Assembly: GCA_002305675.1 (NCBI GenBank)
Contig: DBQA01000006.1
Coordinates: 123,581 to 187,580, forward strand
Source: Patescibacteria group bacterium UBA1406
GTDB lineage: Bacteria; Patescibacteriota; Microgenomatia; UBA1406
Direction of reading: 5' to 3'
Length of the DNA: 64,000 nt
Of the stretch, positions 12,145 to 22,792 are shown one piece after another; within the stretch, counting starts at the first letter, position 1, and every line of letters starts with the position of its first letter. The notes under the pieces were generated by a model, which searched no databases, was not told where the DNA came from, and was given only the letters and a program-made list of their open reading frames with translations. The position numbers and the translations under genes are program-made.

Positions 12145-12585
12145 TCAGGCGGAAGTTATCCGCCTGACCGTGGCGGCCACCCTGCCTGAATCGGCCAGGT
12201 CCGAGAGCTCCCTGACGCACAATCCAATCAGTCTGCCAGGATTGTCCACTTCGTTGTGCTTAGCCAGGCACTCCCTGACCTTTGTTTCCAGATCGGCATC
12301 GGAGATCTCCTTCGGCAGGTATGCCTTTAAGATCTCCATCTCCCGGTCGTTATCGGCAGCCAGGTCTTCCCTGCCGCCCGACAGGAACATCTCCTTGGCC
12401 TCGGTGAGTGTCTTGACCTGTTTACGGATTAGGACCACCACCTCGGCATCCGTGAGCTCGGCCTTCTTGTCAATCTCCTGGTTCTTGATGTCGGACATGA
12501 CCCCTCTTAACACGGACACTCTGTCCGCCATCTTCTCCTTCAGGGCGGCATACATATCCGCCTGGATTTGTTCCCTGATGGCCAT
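12145..12585 (-). CDS. yqeY: GatB/YqeY domain protein
   Basis: 146 aa; MAIREQIQADMYAALKEK...VLRGVMSDIKN typical of the YqeY family. Confidence 0.8.
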   Translation of the reverse strand: MAIREQIQADMYAALKEKMADRVSVLRGVMSDIKNQEIDKKAELTDAEVVVLIRKQVKTLTEAKEMFLSGGREDLAADNDREMEILKAYLPKEISDADLETKVRECLAKHNEVDNPGRLIGLCVRELSDLADSGRVAATVRRITSA

Positions 12586-12599
12586 AGATAAGAATTATA

Positions 12600-13298
12600 T
12601 CATTTTTTGACGTTGAGGACGCCGGTATATTCGCCTCTTTCCGGCAAAACCTCTGCTTCGAACCCCTCCAGTCTTATCCAGAGATGCTCTTCATTGGCCT
12701 TGGTAAGTTCACGTCCCAGAAAAAGCCTGGCTTTGGGAAATGTCTTTGTCAACGCCTGGACCGTTGCCCTGATCCTGAGGGGACTTTCAAAGAAAACCAG
12801 GTTCATAGGTCTGGGAATGCCTGTATCCCTAACCGATACCAGGAAGCTTTTCTTTTGACCCCTATCCTTGGGCAGGAAACCGGCAAAGACCGTGGTCCTG
12901 GCATCGAAACCGGACAGGCTGATGGCCGTGGTCAGGGCGCTTGGGCCGGGAACAACCTCCAGACGGTGCCCTGCCCTTCTGGCGTAGTCCGCGATCATAG
13001 CCCCCGGATCGGATACCCCGGGCATGCCTGATTCGGTGATCAGTCCGACATCATGCCCTTGATCCAGGAGATCGGCAACTTCACCGAGCTTCCGGCTTTC
13101 ATGGCCGTGATGGTAGGAGATGAGCCTTTTCCCCCCCGTTTCTATACCGTATTTTTCGGCCAGAAGGGTCAGGAGCTTGACGGCCGTCCGGGTATCTTCG
13201 GTTATCAGGAATTCTATCTTTGACAGCCTGTCCAAAGCCCGTCGTGATATATCCTCAAGATTGCCTATCGGAGTACCGATCAGAAAAAGCGTCGCCAT
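12600..13298 (-). CDS. rsmI: 16S rRNA (cytidine1402-2'-O)-methyltransferase
   Basis: 232 aa; N-terminal LFLIGTPIGNLEDIS...FLITEDTR tetrapyrrole-methylase fold signature of RsmI. Confidence 0.85.
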   Translation of the reverse strand: MATLFLIGTPIGNLEDISRRALDRLSKIEFLITEDTRTAVKLLTLLAEKYGIETGGKRLISYHHGHESRKLGEVADLLDQGHDVGLITESGMPGVSDPGAMIADYARRAGHRLEVVPGPSALTTAISLSGFDARTTVFAGFLPKDRGQKKSFLVSVRDTGIPRPMNLVFFESPLRIRATVQALTKTFPKARLFLGRELTKANEEHLWIRLEGFEAEVLPERGEYTGVLNVKK

Positions 13299-14662
13299 TA
13301 TTTCCTTTGTATCGTATATTTTTTGGGGAAGTACAAAAACACCGCGGGGACCTCGTCAACAATGAGCTCCTGAAATTTGTAGTATATCTGCCTGCGTTTG
13401 GTGGGGGATATCTCTTTCCTCCCCTGTTCCAATAGGAGGTCCGCCTTGACGTTTTTCAGCCGGCTCAGGTTGCCGACACGTTGCGTCTGGTGCCAGAACA
13501 CATACTGGTCCGGATCAACCGGCGGTTCCCAGATGGTCAGGAACATGTCGTAATCCGTCGGAATATAGTTCACGTATCGGATCTCCACCTTAAGGCCCGT
13601 TTCATTCAGGTCCGCCCTGATCCCTTCCGCCAGCCGGTTCAGCTCATAGGAAGTGTGCAGGGTGATGGCCTTGTCGCTGCTATTGTTCTTTTCCACCAGG
13701 CTAGCACTTATCTCCGGCTCGTAATTGTACTCCTTGACCTCGGGATTATAGACCCAGGAAATGGGTGTGATGGGCGAAAAGGCCCGGGAGCCTTCCTCAG
13801 CGAAGTTATGGTAGTTGATGCCCAGGGCGATGGCGCTCCTCAGGTTTTTGTTGTCAAAAGGGGCTTTCTGGTTGTTGAGGAACAGGGTGACTATCCGCCT
13901 GTAATCAACGGACTCTGTTATCTCGGTGTTTCTCCATTTCCTGAAGTATTCGGCCAGATCCTTGCTGTTGACGCTCATCGCATCGACTTCCCCGAGCTTA
14001 TAGGCCAGTGCCAGGTCATCCTGGGTATTGTAAAACTTGTAGATCAGGAACGGCAGTCCGCTCTCCAAGGGTATAAGGTTGACACTTTTCACCTCGCCGA
14101 ACTGGTATTTGACACGGGACAGTTTGTACCGGCCGTTTATCCCGACCAGGTTGTTCTTGATGACCGGCACGGTCAGCAAGGAAGGAAAGTTGGACAGGCG
14201 CTCTTTCAGCTTGAAGCGGATCGTGCTGTCATCCAGTATTTCCGCCTTTATATCCGTAAAGTTGAAGATGGAAAAGTCGATATCCTGGACCCTGAACGGC
14301 GAGCCATCCTGCCAGCGCAGGTCCTTCGGGAACATGAATACATATTCCTTACCGTCATCCTCGACTGTCCAGCGGTTGGCAAGTGCCGCCTTGAACCGGC
14401 CCTTTTCGTCAAAGGCGACGATGGGGGTGGAGATATTGGCCAGCACCTCCGAGGGGATCCTCTCCCTGTTCCCCTGGGCCAATAGGCCAACCTTCATCTT
14501 GTTAAGGTTCAGGATGTAAGCGAAGGAGTCGACTATGGAGCGGGAAAAAAGGAGGGCGAAGAAAGCGATCACGAAAACGACGGCCATCACTTTGGAATAC
14601 TTGCGGATAAAGCCAGAAACCAGCCAGTAATAGTAGCGGGTGCTCTTAAAAAAGACTCTCAT
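13298..14662 (-). CDS. solute-binding protein family 5 (peptide/nickel-type) homolog, N-terminally membrane-anchored, orphan
   Basis: 454 aa; N-terminal TM helix; SBP_bac_5-like central region; no permease/ATPase genes adjacent. Confidence 0.55.
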   Translation of the reverse strand: MRVFFKSTRYYYWLVSGFIRKYSKVMAVVFVIAFFALLFSRSIVDSFAYILNLNKMKVGLLAQGNRERIPSEVLANISTPIVAFDEKGRFKAALANRWTVEDDGKEYVFMFPKDLRWQDGSPFRVQDIDFSIFNFTDIKAEILDDSTIRFKLKERLSNFPSLLTVPVIKNNLVGINGRYKLSRVKYQFGEVKSVNLIPLESGLPFLIYKFYNTQDDLALAYKLGEVDAMSVNSKDLAEYFRKWRNTEITESVDYRRIVTLFLNNQKAPFDNKNLRSAIALGINYHNFAEEGSRAFSPITPISWVYNPEVKEYNYEPEISASLVEKNNSSDKAITLHTSYELNRLAEGIRADLNETGLKVEIRYVNYIPTDYDMFLTIWEPPVDPDQYVFWHQTQRVGNLSRLKNVKADLLLEQGRKEISPTKRRQIYYKFQELIVDEVPAVFLYFPKKYTIQRK

Positions 14663-14874
14663 AAAAATAGGTTAAGAATCGAGAGCGCCAGAAACAGCAC
14701 AACCATGGCCACGGTCAGGGAAAAAGTGAATTTTTCCACACCGCGACGGGTTGAAAAGGTCTCCCCTCCTCCGCCCCAGGCACTTCCCAAACCGCCTCCT
14801 CTGCCTTGCAGCAGGATCAGGACAATGGTGACGACGGCAACCAGGGCATACAGGCCCAAGAAAAAGCTTTTCAT
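14659..14874 (-). CDS. secG: preprotein translocase subunit SecG
   Basis: 71 aa; two TM helices separated by the Gly-rich loop LLQGRGGGLGSAWGGGGETF...TRRG.EK. Confidence 0.8.
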   Translation of the reverse strand: MKSFFLGLYALVAVVTIVLILLQGRGGGLGSAWGGGGETFSTRRGVEKFTFSLTVAMVVLFLALSILNLFL

Positions 14875-15278
14875 AGTATGACCGATAAAAGCATGACAAT
14901 AAAACTAATAAGAAATGTTGACAGTACTATTGTAACAAATGGTCCGACATTAAACGAGCCGATATGGAGACCGAGAGGAACGTAGTCCCAGCCCGAAAAG
15001 TCCCATTTTTCGATATGGAAGTTATCGGGAAAGAGCTGCAGGAAGATGTAGAAGGTCAGGATCTGCGACACAAACGAAAACAGGCCCATTGTCAGCACGT
15101 TAATGGGCAGGAACAGGAACTTCAGGAACGGGTTGACGAAAGCGAAGAGCACGGCGAGGGTCAGTCCGCTGACCATGAGCCCCCGCCAGTCCGTTTCCAG
15201 CTTGAAACCGGGTACGAGTTTCCCGGCGATGTAGATAGCGGCCGTGTAAAAAACCAAGGACCTGAAGAGCCGTTTCAT
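14871..15278 (-). CDS. DUF360 / phage-holin-4-like membrane protein
   Basis: 135 aa, 4 TM; motif KLVPGFKLE...LFAFVNPFLKFLFLPINVLTMGLFSFV matches DUF360. Confidence 0.6.
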   Translation of the reverse strand: MKRLFRSLVFYTAAIYIAGKLVPGFKLETDWRGLMVSGLTLAVLFAFVNPFLKFLFLPINVLTMGLFSFVSQILTFYIFLQLFPDNFHIEKWDFSGWDYVPLGLHIGSFNVGPFVTIVLSTFLISFIVMLLSVIL

Positions 15279-15300
15279 ACCTTTATTTTACACATTGCCC

Positions 15301-16599
15301 TCAAAAAGCAGAATAGCTTTTCCGCCGCAACAGGAGGTGGTATTTCCTGGCAAACCGGTGCGCCTCGTCCCTGACCCGCTGCAGATAGTGCAAGGCCGGT
15401 GACTCCCTGTCCAGACGGACCGTCCTCAACCCCTCGGCCAGGACGACCCGGTCCGGTCTTTTGGCCAGACCGATCATGGGCGGCAGGGCCGGGTACCGTT
15501 CTTTCAGGACCGGATATGCACCCAGAAGCTGGGGTGTACCGCCGTCAATGACCATGAGATCGGCCGTTTGCCATTCCTTATGCCTCATTCGCCTGTCTAG
15601 AACCTCAAGGAGCATGGCCGGATCGAACTTTTTCCGGGTCCGGACCCTGAAGCGGCGGTACTCCTCCTTCAGTGGCACCCCTCCCTCGAACACCACCATG
15701 GAGGCTGTGGCCTTCTTAAAGGAAAGATTGCTGATATCGTAGCACTCCACCCTGCCAATCCTGGGGATACCCAATTCCTTCGCCAGCTCGCGGTTCTCCC
15801 TTTTCCTGACGTCGGCAATGAAGTTGGCATCCTCCAGCCTGCCATCCAGGATGAGGTTCTGCGAAAAAAGCTTTTCCAAATAAAAGATCCTGTCCCTGAG
15901 AAGCGCAGCCTGTTCGAACTCCTCCCTGTCGGCATACTCCTTCATCTCTTTCTCCAGGACGGAGATCAGCCTTCTTCCTCCGCCTCCCAAAAGCCTGATG
16001 ACGCGCCTGATATTCTCCTGATAGCGCTCTTTTTGCTTTCCGGCCTCGGACCTGTCGGGCTGATTGGCCGTTTCATTGGGACAGGGATCGCACAGACCGA
16101 TGTGGCTGTAGAAACAGGGTTTGGAGGTGAGACTCTTCTCACTGCAGAACGGGACCACCCGTCTGATCTTCCGTAATAGGAGGCGGCCGTCTCTCGCCGA
16201 GGACAGAGGACCGAACACGAACCTTTCCGCCGAGAGTTCGGTCCTTCTTTTCAGCCTCACCTTGCCATAGGTCCCCCTGGTCACGACGATATAGATGGGG
16301 CTTTTGTCGTCCTTGAGGGCCGCATTGTATTTAGGCATGTGCTTGCGCACCAGGTTTGCCTCCAGGACCAGGGCTTCGAACTCCGAGTTGGTTTCCCTGA
16401 GCCTGATGCTGGCCGTGCTTTTGACGATCGCTCTTTCCTTCGGACTGGATGTGTCTTGGAAATGCTGTTTGATCCTAAGACGGAGATTGACCGCTTTGCC
16501 GATATAGATCGGTTTGCGGGCGGTGTCGAGGAACATATAGACCCCTGTCCGCGAGGGGGTCTTTTTCCATATCCTGGTGTCGCGGGCGCTGATGATCAT
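15301..16599 (-). CDS. uvrC: excinuclease ABC subunit C (short form lacking C-terminal HhH2)
   Basis: 432 aa; GIY-YIG (GVYMFLDTARKPIYIGKAVNLRLRIKQHF), UVR motif (EEFEQAALLRDRIFYLEKL), RNaseH-like endonuclease motif (VECYDISNLSFKKATASMVVFEGGVPLKEEYRRFRV); ends before the usual (HhH)2 domain. Confidence 0.88.
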   Translation of the reverse strand: MIISARDTRIWKKTPSRTGVYMFLDTARKPIYIGKAVNLRLRIKQHFQDTSSPKERAIVKSTASIRLRETNSEFEALVLEANLVRKHMPKYNAALKDDKSPIYIVVTRGTYGKVRLKRRTELSAERFVFGPLSSARDGRLLLRKIRRVVPFCSEKSLTSKPCFYSHIGLCDPCPNETANQPDRSEAGKQKERYQENIRRVIRLLGGGGRRLISVLEKEMKEYADREEFEQAALLRDRIFYLEKLFSQNLILDGRLEDANFIADVRKRENRELAKELGIPRIGRVECYDISNLSFKKATASMVVFEGGVPLKEEYRRFRVRTRKKFDPAMLLEVLDRRMRHKEWQTADLMVIDGGTPQLLGAYPVLKERYPALPPMIGLAKRPDRVVLAEGLRTVRLDRESPALHYLQRVRDEAHRFARKYHLLLRRKSYSAF

Positions 16600-18455
16600 G
16601 ACCTGAGTTTAACATATACGAGGACCAGAAGCCCGACCGCCACCCCTAGGAAAACGCCCTTATATGCGTCATATATGTGCAGGTACGCCGCCCTGAGGGT
16701 GTACTCTTTTTCCAGGAGGGTGTTCCCGTCGACCCGGATCTGAAGGCGGCCTTTTTTCTGCATAGCCACTTTTGGGCTGTCGACCACAAACTTGACCTCT
16801 TTCTCTCCATATGGTTCAAGGACATCGACGGTCCGTGATGCCAGCACGGTGGAGCTCTCGGGGTCAACAAGCTCCACCCGGACATTATAAAGGAAGATGT
16901 TAGACATGGAGTCCAGCACGAACCCGAAAGTGTTCCGGCGGCCGGCCACCCAGTTCAGCTCCTTGGTCATCAGGCCCGCCACCCCCCTCTTATCCTCGGG
17001 GACCTCCTCGGTCCCCTCGACAAAGACATCCTTAGTGTTTTCCTTTATCTTGTAGACTCCGGCCGGCAGGGGGTAGGTCGGGTCTTTCCCATGGTAAACG
17101 AAAGCGATGTGGGACAGGTCCATGTTTGCATAGTAATCCAGGCCGGCAGTATCACCCCAAGTGGGGTCGACCGGCCGCCAGCTTTCCCTGGCCGTATCAT
17201 AATACTCCGGCCAGGCATGCAGCACATCGCCCAAAAACGACAACGGTGTCAGTTCGGGATCGCGGGTGAGGGCATAGCCTACAACTTCCCTGGCCGGGAT
17301 CCCCTTTTCCCTGGCAATGCCGATGAAAAGATCCGTGTACTCCATGCAGACCGCCTGCCCTGGATTGTTCAGGGCCCACTCGGCCCCCATCCTCTTCAGC
17401 CCGCTATTTATCCGGCCGGTGTCATATTCCAGCTTGGCTATGACATAGTTATAGATGTCGAAGGCGTTGGTAAGGCCGGCACTCTCCACTTTCGCCAGGG
17501 AGGCGTCCGACAACTGCCAGTATTTCTCCATTGTCAGATACCTGTTCCGTTCTGTTGACGAGAGTTTTTCCCGGACATAACTTCTCACTTCCTCCCTGGG
17601 TTCGGTGGTCAACTCCGCTATTCCCTGGAAGACCACCTTCTGGACCGTGTTCGCCGGTATGCGGTAAACACCCATATAGTTTCCGTCCTCGTCCAGGTAG
17701 ACACGTTCCGGTTTGGGAGAGATGTCGTCCACATACACCTTCTGGAACACCCCGTCCGGGACAAAAGGGATGGTGAAGCGGCGGGGATAGGGCACATTGT
17801 TGGCCAGAGAGTAATTGAGCGTCAGGCGGTAGTGGGCCATCCTCGCGAACGATATATAGAGGGTCTTGCCCATATGTTCCCTGACATCTGTAAAACGGTA
17901 CAGGCCGGGACCCGCCTCCCTGGCCAGGGGTTTACTGATTCCAAGCTCGGGAAAATCGGCCGGGACCCTGACGTCTATGGTGTAAGCGGTCAGCTCCTCC
18001 GTGCTTGAGGGGCGGTTGACCGGGATCAGTAGTTCCCGGTGGGCACCCGAGACCGTGACCAGGCCATCCAGCCCGTATCTGATGGTGATCCTTTTCACTG
18101 TCCCCCGGCCGACCGCCGGATTGGCAAACTTGACCTTGACGGTCAATCGATCGTTCTCCATCGTTTTCTGGAAGGTAAGCTCCCGGCCGTCCTCGAAAAC
18201 GGCCAGGGCGTTCATCCTGTCGGGGCTCCGGAACGTGAAAGCATACTCGCTGACATACAGCCTGGCGGTCAGGTTGGTCAAAGTGATCTGTCTCTCTATG
18301 ACGGCGTCTTCGCCGCTGCCGAGGGTATAGGTATCATGGTACACCGTCTGAACTATCTTTTCCCCTTCGGGCACGGGCTCCTGGCCGAGAACAGGGGTCA
18401 GGGACAACAGGAAAACCGCCAGTGATACGGCCATCGTTTGCAGTAGTTTACCCAT
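16596..18455 (-). CDS. secreted transglutaminase-like cysteine protease-fold protein with C-terminal TM anchor
   Basis: 619 aa; signal peptide; Cys-His-Asp triad context GQAVCMEYTDLF ... HAWPEYY ... VDPTW; C-terminal hydrophobic helix + KLRS. Confidence 0.7.
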   Translation of the reverse strand: MGKLLQTMAVSLAVFLLSLTPVLGQEPVPEGEKIVQTVYHDTYTLGSGEDAVIERQITLTNLTARLYVSEYAFTFRSPDRMNALAVFEDGRELTFQKTMENDRLTVKVKFANPAVGRGTVKRITIRYGLDGLVTVSGAHRELLIPVNRPSSTEELTAYTIDVRVPADFPELGISKPLAREAGPGLYRFTDVREHMGKTLYISFARMAHYRLTLNYSLANNVPYPRRFTIPFVPDGVFQKVYVDDISPKPERVYLDEDGNYMGVYRIPANTVQKVVFQGIAELTTEPREEVRSYVREKLSSTERNRYLTMEKYWQLSDASLAKVESAGLTNAFDIYNYVIAKLEYDTGRINSGLKRMGAEWALNNPGQAVCMEYTDLFIGIAREKGIPAREVVGYALTRDPELTPLSFLGDVLHAWPEYYDTARESWRPVDPTWGDTAGLDYYANMDLSHIAFVYHGKDPTYPLPAGVYKIKENTKDVFVEGTEEVPEDKRGVAGLMTKELNWVAGRRNTFGFVLDSMSNIFLYNVRVELVDPESSTVLASRTVDVLEPYGEKEVKFVVDSPKVAMQKKGRLQIRVDGNTLLEKEYTLRAAYLHIYDAYKGVFLGVAVGLLVLVYVKLRS

Positions 18456-21363
18456 TTAGGTATTTTTCCAGGAATTGCCCGGTATACGATTTTTTTTCCT
18501 TTGGCAGCTGCCTGGTCGGCCCCTGGAACACGACCCGGCCGCCCTCCTCTCCCCCTTCCGGTCCTAGATCTATTATATAGTCACAGTTCTTGATCACGTC
18601 AAGGTTATGTTCAATGATCACGACCGTATTGCCCTGGTGCACCAGATTCCTCAACACTTTGATGAGCTTGTCCACGTCGTACATATGCAGACCGGTGGTG
18701 GGTTCGTCAAGAAGGTAAAGTGTATGGATCTTGACATTCGTATAAAGTTCCTTGGCCAGCTTCACTCTCTGCGCCTCACCGCCGGAAAGGGTGGGGGCCG
18801 GCTGTCCAAGCTCAATATAGCCCAGGCCGACATCCTGCATTGTTTTGAGTATCCGCCTTATTTTCCAATGATGCTGTAAAAATTCGTGCGCCTCGTCCAC
18901 GCTCATGCTCAACACTTCATCGATGCTTTTGCCTTTGTACTGTACAGACAGTGTTTCGGTATTGTACCGGCGCCCCTGACAGACATCGCACTTGACATAA
19001 ACGTCGGCCAGGAACTGCATCTCCACCCGGATAACCCCGGCCCCCTGGCAGTTCTCGCACCTGCCCCCTTTGACATTGAAGGAGAACCGGCCGGGTTTAT
19101 AACCCTGGGCCTTGGCCTCCAGGGTGGCGGCGAAAACTTCCCTGATATAGGTAAAGACGCCCGTGTAGGTGGCCGGATTCGATCGTGGTGTGCGACCGAT
19201 GGGAGACTGGTCGATCAGGACCGCCCGCTGGATATTGTCCAGTCCGGTATAGCCCTGTATCTTGCCAAACTCCCCCTTGTAATACGGGTTCAGGTGGCTC
19301 TCCACTACAGGATAGACCGTGTCCAATAGGAGGGTGGACTTGCCCGAGCCGGAAACACCCGTGACGCCTGTCATTCTTTCCAGGGGAAAACGGACATCTA
19401 TGTCTTTCAGGTTGTGCTGGCCGCATCCTTTGAACTCCAAATATTGTCCGGGCTCGGTCTCGTTCCGATCCGTCCTGATCTCCTTTTTCTTGGCCAGGTA
19501 GTCGCCCGTAACGGAGGTGCGGCATTCGGTCAGCTTATCCTTGGTCCCGTTGTAGACCACTTCCCCGCCGTGCTTGCCCGCCTTCGGGCCGAAATCCACC
19601 ACCCAGTCCGAATTGTCTATGGTTTCGCGGTCATGCTCTACCACGATCACCGTGTTCTCCAGGTCGCGCAGGTGCTTTATCGCCGTCAGTAGCCGGCTCA
19701 CATCGCGGGAATGCAGACCGATGGAAGGTTCATCCAGCACGTAGGTGATGCCTGTCAGGCCGGTGCCGATCTGCGAGGCCAGCCTGATACGTTGTGCCTC
19801 TCCTCCGGACAGGGTCTTTGCGCGCCGGGCCAGGTCGAGGTAACCCAGGCCCACGTTGTCCAGGAAAACGAGGCGGCTGTTTATCTCTTTCAGGATCATC
19901 CCGGCGATCTGCTTCTCCCGGTCCGAGATGCTGCCGGGTAAAGCCTGGAAAAATGCCAGTTCCTCTTTGATGGACAGCTTGGTGACCTGATGGATGTTCC
20001 GGCCGTCGACAGTGACACTCAAGGCTTCCGGCTTCAACTTTTCCCCATGACACTTGGGACACTCCTCCTCCTTCATATACCGCTCCAGTTCACTGCGGGA
20101 ATATTCGCTGTCGCTGTCATAGAACTTCTTCTCAAGTTCCCCCACGATACCGTTCCATTTTTCGAAAATGGTGGTCATGTTCCCGTCCCGGTTCCTTCCC
20201 CTGACGGAAAGGACCTCCGGGGCTCCGTAGTACAGGGCATTCCGCTGGTAGTCGGAGAGGGAGGTGAGGGGCAGGCTGGGCTCGATGCCATATTTTTCCA
20301 GAAAGACCTTGAATATCCGGGCAAACCAGGTATCGGTGAAAAAGAGCTTCTGGAAAGGGAATATTGCCCCCTCGGCGATGGACAGGCCGGGATTAGCGAT
20401 CAGGCTCTCGTCCACTTTAAGTATGGCTCCGAGGCCCTTGCACTTGTCACAGGCGCCGACCGGTGAGTTGAACGAGAACAGCCTGGGCTCGAGCTCGGAA
20501 AAAGAGATGTTGCATACCGGACAGGAGAACCTTTCCGAATAAAGCTCTTCCCTCAGGTCCTTGGGAGCATCGGGGATGGCGAAACCCGAATCCTGGATGA
20601 ACGCTACGATGACCAGGCCTTCCGACAAGAGGAGAGCCTGCTCCACCGCTTTGAAGAGCCTCGAGTAGAACTCCTCTCGGTTAGCCTGGATCTTCAGGTA
20701 TTGGTAATCGGCCGACAGCCTGTCGGTGACCACGTCGATGTTGTGTTTATTGTTCTTCAACACGAACAGGTCTTCCTCAAGGCTGTGGAAGTAATTGTCT
20801 ATCCTGGTATGGCTATAGCCTTTGAATCGGAGGTTGTCGAAAAGCTCCTTGAACTCCCCCCGTCTTTCCCTGACCACGGGCGACATGACCATGAACCTAA
20901 GAGGCTTGTGCTTATCACCGTCCATCAGGCTGTTCAGCCTGGCCATGATCTGATCCACTATCTCCTGGGCGGACATTTTCTTCACTTCCCGGCCACAGTT
21001 GGGGCAGTGGGGATGGCCGATGCGGGCAAAAAGAAGCCGGAGGTAATCATAGATCTCGGTCACTGTTCCGACCGTCGATCTCGGATTGTGGGAGCTTGAT
21101 TTCTGGTCAATGGAGATGGCCGGGGACAACCCCTCGATCAGGTCTACGTCGGGCTTTTCCATCAGGCCTAAAAACTGTCTGGCGTAAGCGGACAGGGACT
21201 CCACGTAACGCCTCTGACCCTCCGCATAAATAGTATCGAAGGCGAGAGAGCTTTTACCTGAGCCGGAAACGCCGGAGAAGACAACGAGCTTATTTTTGGG
21301 GATTTCAAGACTGATGTTCTTGAGATTATGCACCCGTGCCCCCCGGATTCTAATGTGATCCAT
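18448..21363 (-). CDS. uvrA: excinuclease ABC subunit A
   Basis: 971 aa; two ABC ATPase modules ([10 protein letters not shown] and [10 protein letters not shown]), zinc-finger Cys clusters, LSGGE signatures. Confidence 0.97.
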   Translation of the reverse strand: MDHIRIRGARVHNLKNISLEIPKNKLVVFSGVSGSGKSSLAFDTIYAEGQRRYVESLSAYARQFLGLMEKPDVDLIEGLSPAISIDQKSSSHNPRSTVGTVTEIYDYLRLLFARIGHPHCPNCGREVKKMSAQEIVDQIMARLNSLMDGDKHKPLRFMVMSPVVRERRGEFKELFDNLRFKGYSHTRIDNYFHSLEEDLFVLKNNKHNIDVVTDRLSADYQYLKIQANREEFYSRLFKAVEQALLLSEGLVIVAFIQDSGFAIPDAPKDLREELYSERFSCPVCNISFSELEPRLFSFNSPVGACDKCKGLGAILKVDESLIANPGLSIAEGAIFPFQKLFFTDTWFARIFKVFLEKYGIEPSLPLTSLSDYQRNALYYGAPEVLSVRGRNRDGNMTTIFEKWNGIVGELEKKFYDSDSEYSRSELERYMKEEECPKCHGEKLKPEALSVTVDGRNIHQVTKLSIKEELAFFQALPGSISDREKQIAGMILKEINSRLVFLDNVGLGYLDLARRAKTLSGGEAQRIRLASQIGTGLTGITYVLDEPSIGLHSRDVSRLLTAIKHLRDLENTVIVVEHDRETIDNSDWVVDFGPKAGKHGGEVVYNGTKDKLTECRTSVTGDYLAKKKEIRTDRNETEPGQYLEFKGCGQHNLKDIDVRFPLERMTGVTGVSGSGKSTLLLDTVYPVVESHLNPYYKGEFGKIQGYTGLDNIQRAVLIDQSPIGRTPRSNPATYTGVFTYIREVFAATLEAKAQGYKPGRFSFNVKGGRCENCQGAGVIRVEMQFLADVYVKCDVCQGRRYNTETLSVQYKGKSIDEVLSMSVDEAHEFLQHHWKIRRILKTMQDVGLGYIELGQPAPTLSGGEAQRVKLAKELYTNVKIHTLYLLDEPTTGLHMYDVDKLIKVLRNLVHQGNTVVIIEHNLDVIKNCDYIIDLGPEGGEEGGRVVFQGPTRQLPKEKKSYTGQFLEKYLNG

Positions 21364-21393
21364 GAAACGATAAGTATACCAAAAAAACGCCCC

Positions 21394-22179
21394 TTAATCT
21401 TGCCGAAGATTCTGGTATATCTCGATGAGGTTGCCGCTCGGATCGGTGAAATGGGCGGCGCGCACTCCCCATTTGGGAAAATCCGCCGGGCCGTTCACAA
21501 AGGTCACCTTCCTGTCCATTAGGATGCCTGCGGCCTTATCCACGTCTTCCACCTTCAGGTTGAGGAGGGCGCTGTTGCCTTTTTGGGCAATAAGTTTAGC
21601 CCCGCCTTTGTCCAGACTCTTCTCCATGAGTTCCTTCTTGAACAGGGAGACCATGGTGGCGCCTGTTGAGAACTCGGCATAATCCTTATGTTCGTCACCC
21701 CAGACGGCATGAAGACCGAGGACGTCGCGGTAGAAGCGGAAACATTCCGGGAATCTGTCGACCAGGAGACGGACATGGGTGAAGGAATATTCTATCTGCT
21801 CCTTTTCCTCCTTAACCATGAAATGGTCCGTGACACTCCAGCCCGGTTCGGAATAGACAAGCACCCAGGTCTCGTTGCCCTCCGCCGCATGGTGCTCTTC
21901 GGGCTTGATGACGGAAAAGTCCCCTTCTTTCAGGACCTCCTTGCCTTCTCCCTTATAAAGGGTCAATGTTCCCTTCAGGACATAATATATCTCGGCCGCC
22001 TGCCGGTGGTAGTGGGGTTCGGTCCGGTCGATCACGGCCACGGCCGTGCTATACCTCGGGTGACCCTCTGCCGGATCGATCTCGCAGATGACCTCGGTGG
22101 GATTGGTTTCCTTGTTCTTGACGATCTTCTTGCCCGGATATTTTTCCTTGAGCTCGTCGGTGACTTTATTGATGTTCAT
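21394..22179 (-). CDS. cupin domain - VOC (glyoxalase/bleomycin-resistance fold) fusion protein
   Basis: N-terminal cupin (HYHRQAAEIYYVLKGTLTL...EEHHAAEG) then VOC domain (FTHVRLLVDRF...FRFYRDVLGL...GNLIEIYQ). The ORF track extends to 22269, but that Pro-rich 30-aa extension would overlap the upstream gene, so the start at ATG 22179 is preferred. Confidence 0.65.
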   Translation of the reverse strand: MNINKVTDELKEKYPGKKIVKNKETNPTEVICEIDPAEGHPRYSTAVAVIDRTEPHYHRQAAEIYYVLKGTLTLYKGEGKEVLKEGDFSVIKPEEHHAAEGNETWVLVYSEPGWSVTDHFMVKEEKEQIEYSFTHVRLLVDRFPECFRFYRDVLGLHAVWGDEHKDYAEFSTGATMVSLFKKELMEKSLDKGGAKLIAQKGNSALLNLKVEDVDKAAGILMDRKVTFVNGPADFPKWGVRAAHFTDPSGNLIEIYQNLRQD

Positions 22180-22183
22180 TTTA

Positions 22184-22783
22184 TTATTGTTCCAGTACTG
22201 CAGACTGGGTGGAAACGGCGGTCGGGACGGCGGTCGGCATGCTGGTAGGGGTAGGAACTGTCGATTCATTCCGGTAGGTGAAATTCCGGACGATCATTTT
22301 TTCCTCGCCCGAGACTATGCTTTTTATCCTCAGCTCCAGGGTCTTGCTGCCCGAATCCATATTGTACAAATAGATTGATCTGTCATCGTAATCGGACCAC
22401 CTGGCGCCGTTTATCCTATAGGACCAGACCACCGAACAGTAGCCGTCGCCTTCGAGAGACAGATTGAGGTGGAGAGGGTTATCGGCCACCGTTTCCCCTT
22501 CGCGGGGATAGGACAGAGTGGCCCGGGGGACTTGGGCGACGCATTCCTTATCATCCTTGGGAGCGGGTTGTTTGCCGTTCTCCTTGATCTGGACAGGCAG
22601 GATGGTGACCTTCTCGTTTTTCGCCTCTTTGGCCTCCGGCTCCTTCTTTCTCTCCTGGATATTGGTCAGGTTCAGGTAGACCACGGTCAGAAGGACCGGG
22701 ATGCTCAAAAAGGCCGTTATAAGCTCCAAGTATCTTTTCTTGTTGGGCAGTTCGCGCACCCAGGACCTGACTCTCTGAAACAT
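22184..22783 (-). CDS. hypothetical membrane-anchored protein with Pro/Thr-rich C-terminus
   Basis: 199 aa; N-terminal TM (ITAFLSIPVLLTVVYL); C-terminal TVPTPTSMPTAVPTAV tail; no recognisable domain. Confidence 0.5.
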   Translation of the reverse strand: MFQRVRSWVRELPNKKRYLELITAFLSIPVLLTVVYLNLTNIQERKKEPEAKEAKNEKVTILPVQIKENGKQPAPKDDKECVAQVPRATLSYPREGETVADNPLHLNLSLEGDGYCSVVWSYRINGARWSDYDDRSIYLYNMDSGSKTLELRIKSIVSGEEKMIVRNFTYRNESTVPTPTSMPTAVPTAVSTQSAVLEQ

Positions 22784-22792
22784 AGACTAATA

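Noticed and set aside
12011-12610. 199-aa plus-strand ORF
   Set aside because: It overlaps tRNA-Leu and is antisense to the well-supported yqeY gene. It is Ser/Ala/Arg-rich with no domain, so spurious.
22180-22269. 30-codon Pro-rich N-terminal extension of the cupin/VOC ORF (MNRQFLPLPACRPPSRPPFPPSLQYWNNNK)
   Set aside because: It would overlap the upstream hypothetical gene by 86 nt. The second ATG at 22179 gives a clean non-overlapping start, and the extension shows no conservation signal.
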